A stretch of 32,000 nt of DNA from an uncultured bacterium. Its GTDB lineage: Bacteria; Auribacterota; JACPWU01. Both the position numbers and the translations under genes were made by a program. The DNA lies in contig CAZXEQ010000005.1 in NCBI GenBank assembly GCA_964640155.1, forward strand, positions 154,353-186,352. Direction: 5' to 3'. Each line of letters starts with the position of its first letter. Within the stretch, counting starts at the first letter, position 1. Positions 1 to 10,900 of the stretch are shown piece by piece. The notes under the pieces were generated by a model. It saw only the letters and a program-made list of their open reading frames with translations. It searched no databases and was not told the origin of the DNA.

Positions 1-1828
1 GTTTTACTTCTTCCATTGCTTCATGAATCAATAAAGAGAGCAAAAATTCTACCCTGTCATGAAAAAGATTTTCCCCTATAGCTTCGTTATAATCATGAAT
101 CGTTTCGTAATCCTCTTGATTCACAATAATATGTAAAATACCGTTCTCAACATAGCGTCTGGCTTGAACATCCTTCACATCCTTCGAACGATAAAATTTT
201 ATTCTTCCTTCAGCCAAAGCTCTTTGAATACGCTTAAGGGCTTCTTCATATTTTGAATGTTGAGACAGACCAGGTGGGGTTCGATCACGAGACAATTGAT
301 CCAATTCTTTTCGCTTTAAAATTTCTTCTATTGCTGCCTGTATTTCCGTCTCTTTCTCTATCGGTTCTGCTTGAGATAAATCAATTTCATCAGATACAGT
401 ACAATGTCCTTCTACAGGAGAACCCACATATTTTGCTGCTCCTGAAATTGATCGTTCCGATTCTTTTGCTCGTGCGACCAACGAATCAGATGTTCTTTGA
501 ATCGCAGAAATACTGCGAGAGGGATCTTGCATATTAGAGATAAGAAGTTCTTTATATTGTTCCACCCAATAATCATTAAATCCTGCTTTTCTTAATCTTT
601 CTAAAATCCTACTTAAGAGTTGATTTCTCTGATTATAATCTCCCATTCTCTTCAATACTTCATCCAAAACTTCATGCCTTTCTTCCTCTGAGTTAAAACT
701 TAAATAAGGGTAAACTAGTTTGAAATATTCTTTAATTTCATCTACATCTCCTCCATCAAACACTGCTAACTCTTTTAGCGCTTTTTCAAATCTATCCTCC
801 TTAGTTTCGATCTTTGAAAGATCTATCAAACTAACTCTTCCAGAACCATCCACATGAAATAAAAGATGTTTCGGTTTAACATCTATAAGGCTTGTCATCA
901 ACATGAGCATTGCTAATTCTATTTTTTGTTCTCTCGTCATCATTTCACATGGATTACTGCTTGTTTCAGATTCCTGATATTCTGTAACCATATAAACTTC
1001 AGGTACTATCCCCCACCAAAGATCTCTCATTTGATATGTGACAGCAGGGGGAGATTGAATAACCGAAAGACCTAATTTCTCCATTACAATTCTGACGAAA
1101 ATTTCATTATAAAGAGCGTCGAACCCCTTCTCCATTCCGGAAAGAAAGCCTGTATCAGAATCTCGCTTCACAACATACTTCTTCCCATTAATTTCAACAA
1201 CTCTCGCATCCCCAACGGTTCCTCCTAGTCGTTCACCATTTAAAGTATGAGGGAACACCCCGTCAAAAAGCACTCTCACTTGATCCTCATTTAAAATGGC
1301 ATTGTGGAGCTTTGACACTACAACTTCTTTAGTTTTAGCAAAATAATCTCTAACCATTTGAGTTAATACAGAGTCTTTGCCAAAAGCTTTTTCCATCGAG
1401 GTTATCCAAAGTTGAACTTGAGCAGGATTTGAGCCATCTGCTTCTGGAAAATTAATAAAAAGAGATAACAACCGAAAGAGAGCATTTTGCTCTCTTTCAT
1501 CGAGCTCTGACCAAATCTTCGAAAGCCAAGATTCAAAAATATCTCGCGGAGATAGTCCTTTCCTAAGACCCTCTCTAAACTCACGAATCATGATATCTTC
1601 AAGAACAGAACGCTTATCTGCTGCAATATCTGACCATCTGTCTCCTGTGACAAGAGGAGTCTGTAAGGTTTCTTTAGATACTTGCGGATCAAATATTATC
1701 TGATCAATTGAAGAGTCTGCAAAAGCGTTTTTGAGGTCAATTCCCGAAAAGTCGAAAAAGAAGGTTAAAGAAAGACATATGGACAATGCCTTCGTCATAA
1801 AAGGTTTTAAACTATATTGAAATAACAT
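1..1828 (-). CDS. Exported hypothetical protein, 3' end cut by the window edge (at least 609 aa). It has a signal-like N-terminus, a 99-aa module paralogous to the giant ORF, and a protein-kinase-like core.
   Basis: Absent from the ORF track because no stop codon lies in the window. My manual minus-strand translation from ATG 1828 stays open for 609 codons down to nt 2. It starts MLFQYSLKPFMTKALSICLSLTFFFDFSGIDLKNAFADSS. A purine-rich GGAAGAAGG tract lies just upstream of the ATG, and the gene has its own promoter. Confidence 0.75.
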   Translation of the reverse strand, partial: MLFQYSLKPFMTKALSICLSLTFFFDFSGIDLKNAFADSSIDQIIFDPQVSKETLQTPLVTGDRWSDIAADKRSVLEDIMIREFREGLRKGLSPRDIFESWLSKIWSELDEREQNALFRLLSLFINFPEADGSNPAQVQLWITSMEKAFGKDSVLTQMVRDYFAKTKEVVVSKLHNAILNEDQVRVLFDGVFPHTLNGERLGGTVGDARVVEINGKKYVVKRDSDTGFLSGMEKGFDALYNEIFVRIVMEKLGLSVIQSPPAVTYQMRDLWWGIVPEVYMVTEYQESETSSNPCEMMTREQKIELAMLMLMTSLIDVKPKHLLFHVDGSGRVSLIDLSKIETKEDRFEKALKELAVFDGGDVDEIKEYFKLVYPYLSFNSEEERHEVLDEVLKRMGDYNQRNQLLSRILERLRKAGFNDYWVEQYKELLISNMQDPSRSISAIQRTSDSLVARAKESERSISGAAKYVGSPVEGHCTVSDEIDLSQAEPIEKETEIQAAIEEILKRKELDQLSRDRTPPGLSQHSKYEEALKRIQRALAEGRIKFYRSKDVKDVQARRYVENGILHIIVNQEDYETIHDYNEAIGENLFHDRVEFLLSLLIHEAMEEVK

Positions 1829-1867
1829 CCCCATTACCTTCTTCCTAAGTCCGCTTACAGCGTATAT

Positions 1868-1896
1868 ATTATACCACTTTTATCATCACTTTTCAA
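1868..1896 (-). promoter_or_regulatory. sigma-70-type promoter for the 1..1828 gene
   Basis: The minus strand reads TTGAAA, a 17-nt spacer ending in TGg (extended -10), then TATAAT. The -10 element is about 40 nt upstream of ATG 1828. Confidence 0.5.
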
Positions 1897-1978
1897 ATTT
1901 TAAATAATTTCTTAATTGCAAGCAAGAGAATGTATTGGGAATACAAAAATAGGATTAAATATAGAAGAAGATATCCTT

Positions 1979-4900
1979 TTAAGCTGCAACCTCAATTTCA
2001 GCCGGAGATCTTAAAACATGAGGAACACTTCGTGGCAACCCTGAAACTGCCTTTAAAACAGATTTTTTTAGAGAAATAGCGGTATCCGAAAGAGGTTGAT
2101 ACGCTTCCAACGCACGATCAAGCGCTTCTACAGAAGCTTGTGCAGAATCTAATTTTGACTTCAAAATCTCTGCTAATTGATGTGTTAACTCTTTTAAGAA
2201 TTGATCCCTTACTGATCCATCTAATATTGCATCTGCCCGTCTGGCACCTTCGGCTATCGCTCCTGCAAAATCGAAAGAATTACTAGCTTGTCGATAAGAA
2301 GCTAAAAAAGTTCTTATTTCTCCTTTTAGGACTTCTAAAGAATTCATCGTACTGAGAGGCGTCGCTTCGGTCCCTTTTTCCTCTTTCAACTCAATCTGAT
2401 TCAATTCAAGTTCTACACTCTGTCCACTTTCATCTTTTAACCAATGGATTTGAAGTGTCCCCTTCTCTTCATCGTAACTTAACAACTCTGGGAATGTATT
2501 CGATAACTCATTGAGATCTCTTAAGTAATATTCATAATCTCCTTCCGTTAAGTCTATTCTCCTTTGCCCTCTTAACACTCTCTCATGCAGTTCTTCTAAC
2601 AAATGATAATCCTCTTCACCCATCGCCTTCTCTTTACTTCGATCCTTCATTATTAAATATTCTTCTATTTTCTTAATTTTCTCTGCATCCAATGTCAGTT
2701 TTGTTCCTTGCCCTATTTCTCTTTCAAGGCTCTTGTTTTTCTTTTGTATGGCTTCTCTTAAGGTGTAGTAACCTTGTACTACTTGCTCTGTCCAAAATCT
2801 ATCAAAGGCCTCCAACCCTTCTGCCTCTAGTTTTTCTTTGAACAGTATGGCAAAAGAGCGATCCTGTTCTGTATGTTTTGCATTTCTTAATGTCTTCATA
2901 TCTCCAACTAAGATGAGTCGATCTGAAGCTCGACTCAATGCTACATTCAGCCGATTGATATTGGCGACAAAGCCTACTTTGCTTGGATCTGGGTTACTTC
3001 TTACAAAGCTATAGATGACTACTGCATTTTCTCTTCCCTGATAACTATCTACAGTCCCTATCTGGCTTTCTACGATAGCTTGTGCCTCATCTTTCTTCAT
3101 CTTTCTTTCTCTTATTAGATAGTCTCTTATCTTTTCTCTGATTAACTCTACCTGCGATTGATACGCTGATAATATACTTATCTGTTCTGATCTATACCCA
3201 GATGCCAATGCCCTTTTGTATTCTTCTAAGCATTTGTTTGCTTCTTCTGTGTTTTGATAGCTTGTACCCCTAGCTTCTTCATTGCCTGAAGCTTTTTTCA
3301 TAGGGACATCAACTCTTCTTACTGTGTCTTCTTCCATCATTCGCCATGTCTTAGGAACCATCATTTTGTTATAAATGAGTCGGCCTATCATGACGGATAT
3401 CACAGGATGGCTTCTATAGTTACGAGCTAAAAATGTTTGGGCTTGTCCTTTGTTCCATCTTCTTGCCATTCCACTTTCTTGGATCATTGCCCGATAGATG
3501 TCTGTTTGACCTTTCATCGCAGCTTCATCTATAAATGGCTCTAATTGTAAATGGTCTCCTGCTAAGATGATCTTTTCTTTTGCTTTTGCTCCTGCCAATA
3601 CCGTATCTATCTCATTGACGGTTCCTGCTTCATCTATAATGACAACATCATATTCTTGATCTGCCGTCTCCGGCACTCGATACATGGAGTCTGTTGTGAC
3701 TCCAACCACATATCCCTTTCCATTTGTTTTCCTTTTCTTAAACTCTTTCATTCCTTCCCCGTTATAGCCATCCTCCCTTGCTTGATTCCACACTTGATAT
3801 TTTCTTAGAGACTCTATAACTCGATCATCTCCTCTTCCTTCTTCTCCTCGACTATACGCTCTTAAAATAGGAACTTTATTTCGATCCAGTCGCTCTAATA
3901 CATTGTCTACGGCCAGATTTGTCCGACTGACCACCAATACTCTCTTGCCTTGCTTCACCAGCTGCTGTGCTATTTCTACCACTGTTGCGGTCTTCCCACT
4001 TCCTGCTCCTCCTTGTATCAACGCTACTTTTGTCCTAGGATGTAAGGCCATCCTTACAGCATTGGATTGGAATGGATCTTGAGCTACTCTTTCATCTTGG
4101 ATCTGAATCTTACTTTTCTCTTCGCTGATTTCTTCTTTATTGATTGTCTCTGGTTTTTCAAGCCCTAAAAGTTCTCTCGTTGCTCGACTTAAACCATTTC
4201 TTACTTGAGCTTTTCCTCCGATTGCTCTGAGCCTCTCTATTTGTATAGCTCTTAAGGCAACATTATTGCCTAGCTCTTTTTCTTTGCCTTCAACCATCTC
4301 TTTTAATTCTCCCAAAACGTTTTTCAGCTCCTTACTCTGAGAGCTATGTCCTACCTCTCCGGGTAGTTTTAATGATGTTACTTTGGCTTCTCTGTTATAT
4401 TCTTCATCTAAGATGCTTATTTCTGGTAATGCAATTCCAAATCGCCGGGCTGCTTCTAGAAGCGATTCATTGGGCTCTTTTCCATTGAGCAATGCCCAGC
4501 TGTCATTCGTTAGTCCTCTCCTTACTCTATCCTCTAACGCTTGCTCTACCAGACCGGGACTGGAATACCCTTGCGCTTTCATCACCCGCAACATCCAATG
4601 TCCATGTATAGGTGATTTAATCAGTCGACTTAATCGCGTGATCATTCTACCTTCAACTTCTCTTTGCGTCTCATAAATCCATTCTTCTAATGTTTCATCA
4701 TAAAATCGTCTCACTTTTACTTTGCCAGGTTTTCCAATTCCTGTGGAAAGTATAGCTTTCTTGTGCTTTCCATCATCAGTCCAAGAAAAATGGACTCTAC
4801 CACCGCTATACACTTCTGTTTTCCATTCCAAAGGTTCAAACCCATCCTTATTTTGGACATCTTGAGCCTTAAGCTGTTGAATAACTTTTTCTTTATTGCG

Positions 4901-7900
4901 ATCAAATATTTCAAGCTTCCAGAAATTTTTGCCCTCTTCCTTAACCAATCTAGATTGTTTTACAATTTCTTTTTGATTTTCTCCCTTCCCTTCTACTCGA
5001 CGCGTCTCATATACCCACTCTTTCAGATCTTCATCATAAAATCGGCTCGCCTGAACTCTTCCCTTTTTCATAGTGCCCGTAGCAAGACGAGCTCTCTTTT
5101 TCTGTCCATTGTCTATCAAAGAAAAATTAATTTGTCCGTAATTGTCTGATTCTGTTTCCCACTGCAGGGGCTCAAACTTATCCTTATTTTGGGCATCTTG
5201 GGCCTTAAGATGTTGAATAACTTTTTCTTTATTGCGATCAAACATTTCAAGCTTCCAGAAATTTTTGCCCTCTTCCTTAACCAATCTAGATTGCTTTACA
5301 ATTTCTTTTTGATTTTCTCCCTTCCCTTCTACTCGACGCGTCTCATATACCCACTCTTTCAGATCTTCATCATAAAAACGCCTCACTTTCACTTGTCCTT
5401 TTTTATTAACTCCTGTGGAAAGACGAACTTTTTCTATGTGTGCATTGTCCCTCCAAAAAAAGCCAACTAATCCAGCACTATCTGTATCTACAGTCCACTC
5501 CATAACCTCAAACGCATCCTTATTCTTGGCATCTTGGGCCTTAAGTTGTTGAATAACCTTCTCTTTATATCTATCAAATATTTCAAACTTCCAGAAATTT
5601 TTACCCTCTTCCTTAACCAGTCGTGATTGTCTAATTATCTCTTGCTTATTTTCCCCTTTCCCCTCTACACGCTGAGTCTCATACACCCATTCTTTAAGAT
5701 CTCTATCATAAAAACGCCTTACTTGAACTTGGCCTTTTTTCCCAGTCCCTGTAGAAAGATAGACCTCGTTTCTCTGTTCATTATCGGTCCAAAAAAAACC
5801 AACTAATCCAGCACTATTTGTCTCTACAGTCCACTCTAAGGGTTCAAATGTATCTTCATTTTGAGCATCTTGGGTCTTAAGCTGTTGAATAACCTTTTCT
5901 CTATAACGATCAAAGACTTCGAATTGCCAATAACCTTGGCCTTCTTCCTTAACCAGTCGTGATTGTCTAACGATCTCTTCTTGTTTTTCTCCATCTCCTT
6001 CTACACGTCGCGTCTCATAAATCCATTCTTTGAGCTCTTCATCATAAAATCGTCTTACTTGTACTCGGCCTTCTTTAGCAATGCCTGTGGAAAGATTCAC
6101 TGTCTTTTGCTGTTCCTTATCCGTCCAAGTAAAACTGATTAATCCTTTACTATCCGTATCTACAGTCAACTCTAGAGACTTAAATACATCCTTATTCCGA
6201 GCATCTTGAGTTTTAAGTTGCTGAATAATTTTCTCTTTATTGCGATCAAACCTTTCAAAATGCCAGTGATTTTGACCTTCTTCCTTAACCAGTCGTGATT
6301 GTCTAACGATCTCTTCTGCTTTTCCTTCTACACGTCGAGTCTCATAAATCCATTCTTTGAGCTCTTCATCATAAAATCGTCTCACCTGAGCTCTGCCGGT
6401 TTTAGCAATCCCCGTAGAAAGAATAACTGTCTTTTTCTGTTTATTGTCCGTCAAAAAAAATTTGACTTGACCATAAGCACTTGTATCTGTGATCCATTCA
6501 ATGGGCTCAAATGCAGTAGGTGACTGATCATCCAATTGTCGAAGTTGGCGCAAAACATCTACTCTTGCTTCTTTAGCTTCTAGCTTGCGATATTGCACTT
6601 CTTTCATCAAAGCTCCAGGTTTTATAACTCCATACAGATCAAATAAAAATGGATTTAATTGTTTTATTTCTCTCTGTAATATTCTCGCATCTTCTTCTGC
6701 AAGCTCTTTTTCTAATATCTCTTCATCAGGTTGCTCTCCAATTGGTGATTTCTTCAAAAATTCATGTACGGTTTCATGAGACATTCCAGTTAAAAACGAT
6801 GCTCTACGATGGGTTTTATCTTTGATATTCAAAAAGGCAAGGATATTGATGTAGTATTGGCCATCTGTTTTATGATTACCAAAAAGGGTTCGGTATTCTT
6901 TTTGGGTTCGATCCGATCCAAAATGAAGGGTAAATGGCCCAGCTGTTAATTCTATTCCCTGTAATCTATGTCGACTTCGAATAATTTTCCCCAATTCTGC
7001 ATAAAACTCATCACGACTCATGTCTGTTCCCACACCCATGGCCTTTTCCAAGCGTTTTAATTCTGGACTTTCATCAAATTTAATATCTCCATTCGTTACA
7101 GTAAACGTGACGTTTTTCCCATCCAATGCCTGATACGTTTCTGCATCTTCTGCCTCCGTTGGAGCAGCAAGGCCTTCGTTAACTTCAGCACTAAAATGGG
7201 CAATCTTTATCGTTTTATTTTCTTCGTATGTTCCCTTTCGCATATCATTCTTAAATTGTAAATATCCCCATAGGGTTAATCTACGTTCTTTCCAAATCTT
7301 ATTTCTATTATCTAATTGCTCCAAATGCTGTTTATATCTGGGCGTCTTTATATCATCCCTAGTTGCAAGTAATCGAGATAATTGACGATCTTGAGCTTCT
7401 TTTGTTAACTGGACAATTAATTCTTCATTAGCCTCACCTTGTTTATATTCTCTCTTCACCCCTTCAAAAAAATCACGATCCAAATATCCATGCAAAGCTT
7501 GAAAATAGTAATTTGTCTCTACTTTTCTCAACTCTTCTATAGAGGCTTGAATAGATGTTATAATATTTTCTAATTCTGATTCATCAGCCCTTCCCTTTAC
7601 AACTTGATTTAATAACTCAAAAAGTTTTTCTTCTTCTTTGCGTTCGATCTCTTGTCTCCTCTGAATATCAGCAAGAAGTCCCAAAACGCTTCTTTCTTCT
7701 AAAAGATAAATTTGCTTACGGGTATATTGGGGAATTGCATTTTCATAACTAAACGCTACAGAAACCCCTCGATCAACTTTTTTGTCGTTTCTTCCTTCAT
7801 AATTCATTAATACATAATCAACTTCATGTAATGCTTTATTTCCGATTGCTACTACCTCTTCATCGCCTTTCGTTGCCGCCGCTTCTCCACCTTTTCTTCC

Positions 7901-10900
7901 ATAGTGACATAAGGCCGTCGTTACAGCATGCGTTACATATTTGGCTTCTTGACTATCTACTTCTAAAGAGCCACGATAAATCGTCGTTACCAGTTGAATC
8001 GTAGTAATAATGAAACCTTTATCATCTACTCGATATCCTATTTCTTCCATTAAAGCTAGAACTTCGATTTTGTAACTTTCATCTACTTTTAAATCTTTCA
8101 ATAAATCGCTAAAAGCGTATCTCCCTTCATTTTCCTTAAGTCTAAGTTTTGACCGCAGGGAAATCATTCCAGGCAATAAATAAGGATTTGTAGTTTGATC
8201 AGCTAATTCTTGAATTAAATCGCTGCTATATGAAACAATAGCGTTCGCATGATTCAAAAGCAAAGCCCTGACACGATCTTTAAGTGAGTATGCATCACTT
8301 ACTTCTTCTTCCTTAAGATAAGCGATTCTGAGATGTAAAAACGGATTTTGGGAAACACTAGTCCATGTCTTATCCTGAATGCCTTCTACACGCGCAAAAT
8401 CTTGATATCCAAAACTGTCACTCATCACAAGCAGGCCTATATCCACGAGATTCTCCTGGGAGATACTTTGAATTTCTTTCTCATTTTCCAGTCTAATAAT
8501 ATCGCCTAAAAGCAAAGCTTCTAAACCCTGATAAACCAATGGAGCATCCTTGCCCTTTAAATCAAAGCGGTTCATCACTCGGCTTAAAATCTGTATATCT
8601 TCTTCTTTCTGGAGTACCCCTTTAGAAAATAATACCGCAAAAAACTGAGGCCCCCATAGAGAACCTAGCCATTCCTGATCAATCACGTCTTTCAATAACT
8701 CTCTCATCTTAGGAATATTCTCCGCTGTCAATGCTCCTTGAGTCACCAAGCGGTTTATAACGCGATAACGATTCATCGTTTTTCTGCTTACAGGTTTTGA
8801 CAATCCTTGAAACCAATTTCGAGAATTTTCTAAATTCTCTTCGGTCTTTGCACCGCTTTCAAGAAGAGAAGAAAATGCATCTAGAGCCAAAGGACCGCTA
8901 ATCCATGGTTCACGACTAATGACTTCAACAACATGCAAAAACCAATCTTTGTTGCCGGGGTTTATATCTTCTGGAAGGCTGCCCAAAACCTCAAAACGCT
9001 TATCTTTAAATGAGTCATGATTGGCATCAATCTGGTCTATCACTTCTACAATAAGATCAAGATTTAATGTTCTAGAGTATAAAACCTGCGCTACGATGCC
9101 TCTTGCGACCAATAGACTAAAAACACGTTTGGTTTTCCAATTATTTGTCCAGCTTCTGTCCGCTATTTTTTCTAAAGTTTCCAATAAAGAATTCTGCATT
9201 TGTTCAGGATAGCTATCAAAGGTAACAGATATAAACTGCAACATTTCAATAACAGCACTTGAAGATGCCGGCCTCAGTTGAGCAATCCTATCCATCCAAT
9301 TTAAAAACTCTGCAAGGTTTTTTTCTGTTATTACACCCGATTTCACCAAACCGATAAAAACTTCTTTTCCCCTAGGAATTCTTAACCACTTATCGTTTTT
9401 AAAGGTTTCCAAAAAATCACTGATGGTTTGAACAATATCTTTTAATTTTTCATCTTCTGCAGCAGCACTTTCTAAATCACGAATAAGCGCTCTTGTTAAA
9501 TCAGACATAACAACTAGAGGGACAACTACTGAAGCAAGCTCATCTTTTTTCTGCCCCTCTAAACTTTCAAAATATTCTCTTACAATCTGAGTTAAAACAG
9601 AATCTTCTCCAAAAGCCTTGTTCATCATGTCTAACCAAATTTTAGCTTGTGTTGGATTTGAAGCATTCGCTTCAGGGAAATTCACAAATTGTGACAACAA
9701 AGTTCGCAAAGATGTATGTTCTTGTTCATCTAAACCATCCCAAATCCTAGAAAGCCAACCTTCAAATATTTGGCGCGGGGATCGGCCTTGTGCTAAACCT
9801 TCCCGTAAATCATCTGCCATCATATTCTCAAGAACAGGTCGTTTTGGCTCTCCAATTTGAGCCCAAATATTTCCTGTAGGAGCAGGATTTTGAAGCATTT
9901 TCTGAATTTCACTTGAGCTATGCCCCACTAAACGTTTTTCAGAAAATTCTACATTTTCTAAATCATAGGCCTCGTCCATCATGATTCTTTCATATAAATC
10001 AGAAGAAATATCTCCATTCACTTGAGGGGTCCATGTGGTATACGAAATCCCCTTTGCCTCTAAAAGCTTTTGAATTCCTTCGGTGTGAAAGCCACCGGTG
10101 ATTAAAATGATTGTACGCTGTGCAGCTTTGTTCATATTTTTTAAAGCATTCTCCAAAAGAATTTGGTCTCGTTTTTGAGCTAATTCATAAAAATGTTGGG
10201 CTTCTTGAATGAGTAAATCCCAATCTTTAGAGAAAGAAGGAGATTTTAGAGAAGTAAGCATGAAACCTAACTGTCGAAACAATTCTTGAGGAGATTTTTC
10301 AACTGTTTCTACAAGTTCTTTTCTTGAAAGTTCTAAATTGATCCATTTCTGCAATAAATGCCATTGTTCATTTATTTTTACAATATTTTCTACCTTTTCT
10401 TGATCCGCTTGTTTCTTGATTTGTTCATCTATCAATTGCGATAAATTTAAATGTGCTTTATCAAAATCAATTTTCCCCTGCTGCTGAAGAAAATCAATCC
10501 AAATTTCCAGTGTGGGGTATTGTCGCTTAAAAGAGTTTTTACTGATCTTTTCTTCAAAAATATTTTTCAAGAAAGAAAAGTGTTTTACAGTGGATAATTT
10601 GCCTAAACGATATTCCAAGCTACTTCTTACAACATTTTGAAGTTCTTCTCTAGAGAGTCTGTTCTGAAAGGATTGCAACAACTCATTATATTCTTTTTGT
10701 ACCTTTGCAGAATCAATCTCTTTTTGCAAAGTATTTAACTGCCATAACTCATTTGTTTTTAATAATTTATCTAAATCCGCTTTTTCGAGCAAAGCAATGA
10801 TCTTTTCCAAAGAAAATTTATTGCTGCTCATTCCTTTTTGAGCTTGATCTAAAAGCAGTAACTTTTTTGAATATGATTTCTTTTTAATACTTTCTAACCA

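Noticed and set aside
253-1584. Track ORFs 253-537 (+) and 1402-1584 (-)
   Set aside because: Both lie inside the 609-codon open frame of the edge-truncated minus-strand gene (1..1828), in other frames or on the other strand.
1979-4066. Calling the giant ORF an anti-phage defence system (Nhi/Mokosh-like) because of its Upf1-like helicase
   Set aside because: I could not see a nuclease, PLD or other effector motif next to the helicase. The gene lacks typical defence-island neighbours and carries an export signal. I kept this only as a caveat in the helicase finding.
4574-6511. Regularly spaced repeats, considered as a possible CRISPR array or satellite
   Set aside because: The period is 336 nt with no short-repeat/spacer structure. 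The repeats are in frame within a long ORF and conserved at the protein level.
4383-6779. Plus-strand ORFs of 64-128 aa inside the giant gene (4383-4676, 4763-5149, 5189-5470, 6299-6523, 6585-6779), two of them with near-identical products
   Set aside because: They lie antisense to a strongly supported 3164-aa frame. Their products are low-complexity (Phe/Leu/Ile-rich). Their similarity to each other simply mirrors the 336-nt coding repeat on the other strand.
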